From the IMG/VR virus record IMGVR_UViG_3300044836_000034, positions 1,330 to 65,329 of that record: DNA of 64,000 nt. One strand, 5' to 3'. The number at the start of each line of letters is the position of its first letter. Within the stretch, counting starts at the first letter, position 1. Positions 63,240-64,000 of this stretch are shown here, one piece after another. The notes under the pieces were generated by a model. The model made no database searches. It was given only the letters and a program-made list of their open reading frames with translations, and was not told the DNA's origin. The DNA is from a virus. Its lineage: Duplodnaviria; Caudoviricetes. The translations under genes and the position numbers were made by a program.

Positions 63240-64000
63240 ATGGCCGAATTAGTGCCAGCCCCCGTTATGGACGTGCGCAGCGTCGAGCAGATAGCCGCCC
63301 AGGGCATCGGCTTTACCTGCGCGCCGATGACGGTCGAGCGCATTGACTTTCAGATCAACGTCATGCGCGAGCTCCGCGCGCGCGTCGTGGCGGGCATGGA
63401 TCCGCCGCCGGTCTGCCCCGAGCTGACGAACGCCAACGTCGGGACGCTCCACACGACGGTGATCGAGGTTATGGCGTGGCTCGTCGGCATCATCGCGCGG
63501 CGCATGAACTGGCTGCCGGTCAAGGTGCAGGTCGAGTTCGCGCGCCTCTTCGGGATAGAGCTTCGCGAGGCGACGGCGGCGACGGCGACGCTGAGATTCA
63601 CGGTCGCCCCGCCGACGCCGCAGCAGGTGACTATACCGGAGGGAACGACCGTGCAGAGCGAGGACGGCGCGTACACGTTCACGACGCTCTCGCCGCTCGT
63701 GCTGGCCTCCGGAGTCCTGACGGGCACGGTCGAGGGCGTGCGCGACGTGACGGGCGCGACGACGCTCTCCCCGAACGTGCTGACGAGGCTCACAGACCCG
63801 CTCGCGTGGGTGCAGTCGGTCACGAACCCTGACGCGGTCGCGTCGGGTGCTGACGCCGAAGCCCTGGACTCGGCCCTCGCGCGCGCGCGGAGATTCCAGC
63901 GGCGCGGCCTGCGCCTCGTCTCGGCTCAGGACTTCGAGGAGGCGGTCTTCGACGACGTGCTGCTCGGCAACGGCGTCGTCAAAGCCTTCAACTGCGTGAG
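63240..64000 (+). CDS. Baseplate J-like protein (runs off the window end)
   Basis: FARLFGIELREATAATATLRFTV, IPEGTTV, GADAE...R...RLVSAQDFE. Confidence 0.88.
   Translation, partial: MAELVPAPVMDVRSVEQIAAQGIGFTCAPMTVERIDFQINVMRELRARVVAGMDPPPVCPELTNANVGTLHTTVIEVMAWLVGIIARRMNWLPVKVQVEFARLFGIELREATAATATLRFTVAPPTPQQVTIPEGTTVQSEDGAYTFTTLSPLVLASGVLTGTVEGVRDVTGATTLSPNVLTRLTDPLAWVQSVTNPDAVASGADAEALDSALARARRFQRRGLRLVSAQDFEEAVFDDVLLGNGVVKAFNCV

Noticed and set aside
50949-64000. Tailocin or extracellular contractile injection system
   Set aside because: Terminase, portal, capsid and a long tape measure gene are present, so this is a complete myovirus.
1-64000. tRNA, rRNA, IS elements or integrase
   Set aside because: No cloverleaf, rRNA-like stretch, DDE transposase or recombinase motifs recognised by eye; a tRNAscan/HMM run would be needed to exclude them formally.

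Overview
Nearly the whole genome of a GC-rich temperate myovirus (contractile tail). The window starts inside the tail-fibre gene and ends inside baseplate J, which suggests a circular or permuted molecule somewhat longer than 64 kb. No integrase is visible. Instead there is a plasmid-type replication module (XRE HTH, ExeA-like AAA+ ATPase, Rep with internal iteron-like repeats) and ParB genes, alongside a lambda-O-like lytic initiator with its own iterons, so I infer a phage-plasmid. The host is probably an Acidobacteriota/Blastocatellia bacterium, judged only from recalled protein-family resemblance. Layout: ankyrin lipoprotein moron (1.7-2.5 kb); leftward early/accessory arm (2.5-20.6 kb: MTase, EVE, ASCH, SAP, DUF6884, DUF5131, 2x ParB); plasmid replicon (20.7-23 kb); control region (symmetric bidirectional promoter, candidate sRNA, secreted peptide plus TPR-HTH regulator, cI/cro, P_RE-like promoter); lytic replication; a late operon with holin-like genes, an orphan response regulator and a 7-deazaguanine DNA-modification cluster (2x ParB-N, dpdA, dpdL-like, yhhQ, queD, queE, folE, no queC); duplicated terminase small subunit, terL, groES, head and tail genes. 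Top candidates for new biology: (1) a secreted-peptide/TPR-regulator pair beside the lysis-lysogeny switch, possibly arbitrium-like signalling in a diderm host; (2) a repeated CACCAC-loop leader hairpin plus ACCCGAGAnAGGA initiation motif in front of early genes; (3) two replication initiators sharing one C-terminal Zn motif; (4) late-operon deazaguanine (probably dDG) modification; (5) a +1 tail-chaperone frameshift at UCC UUU CGU. All family assignments come from reading motifs by eye, not from database searches.
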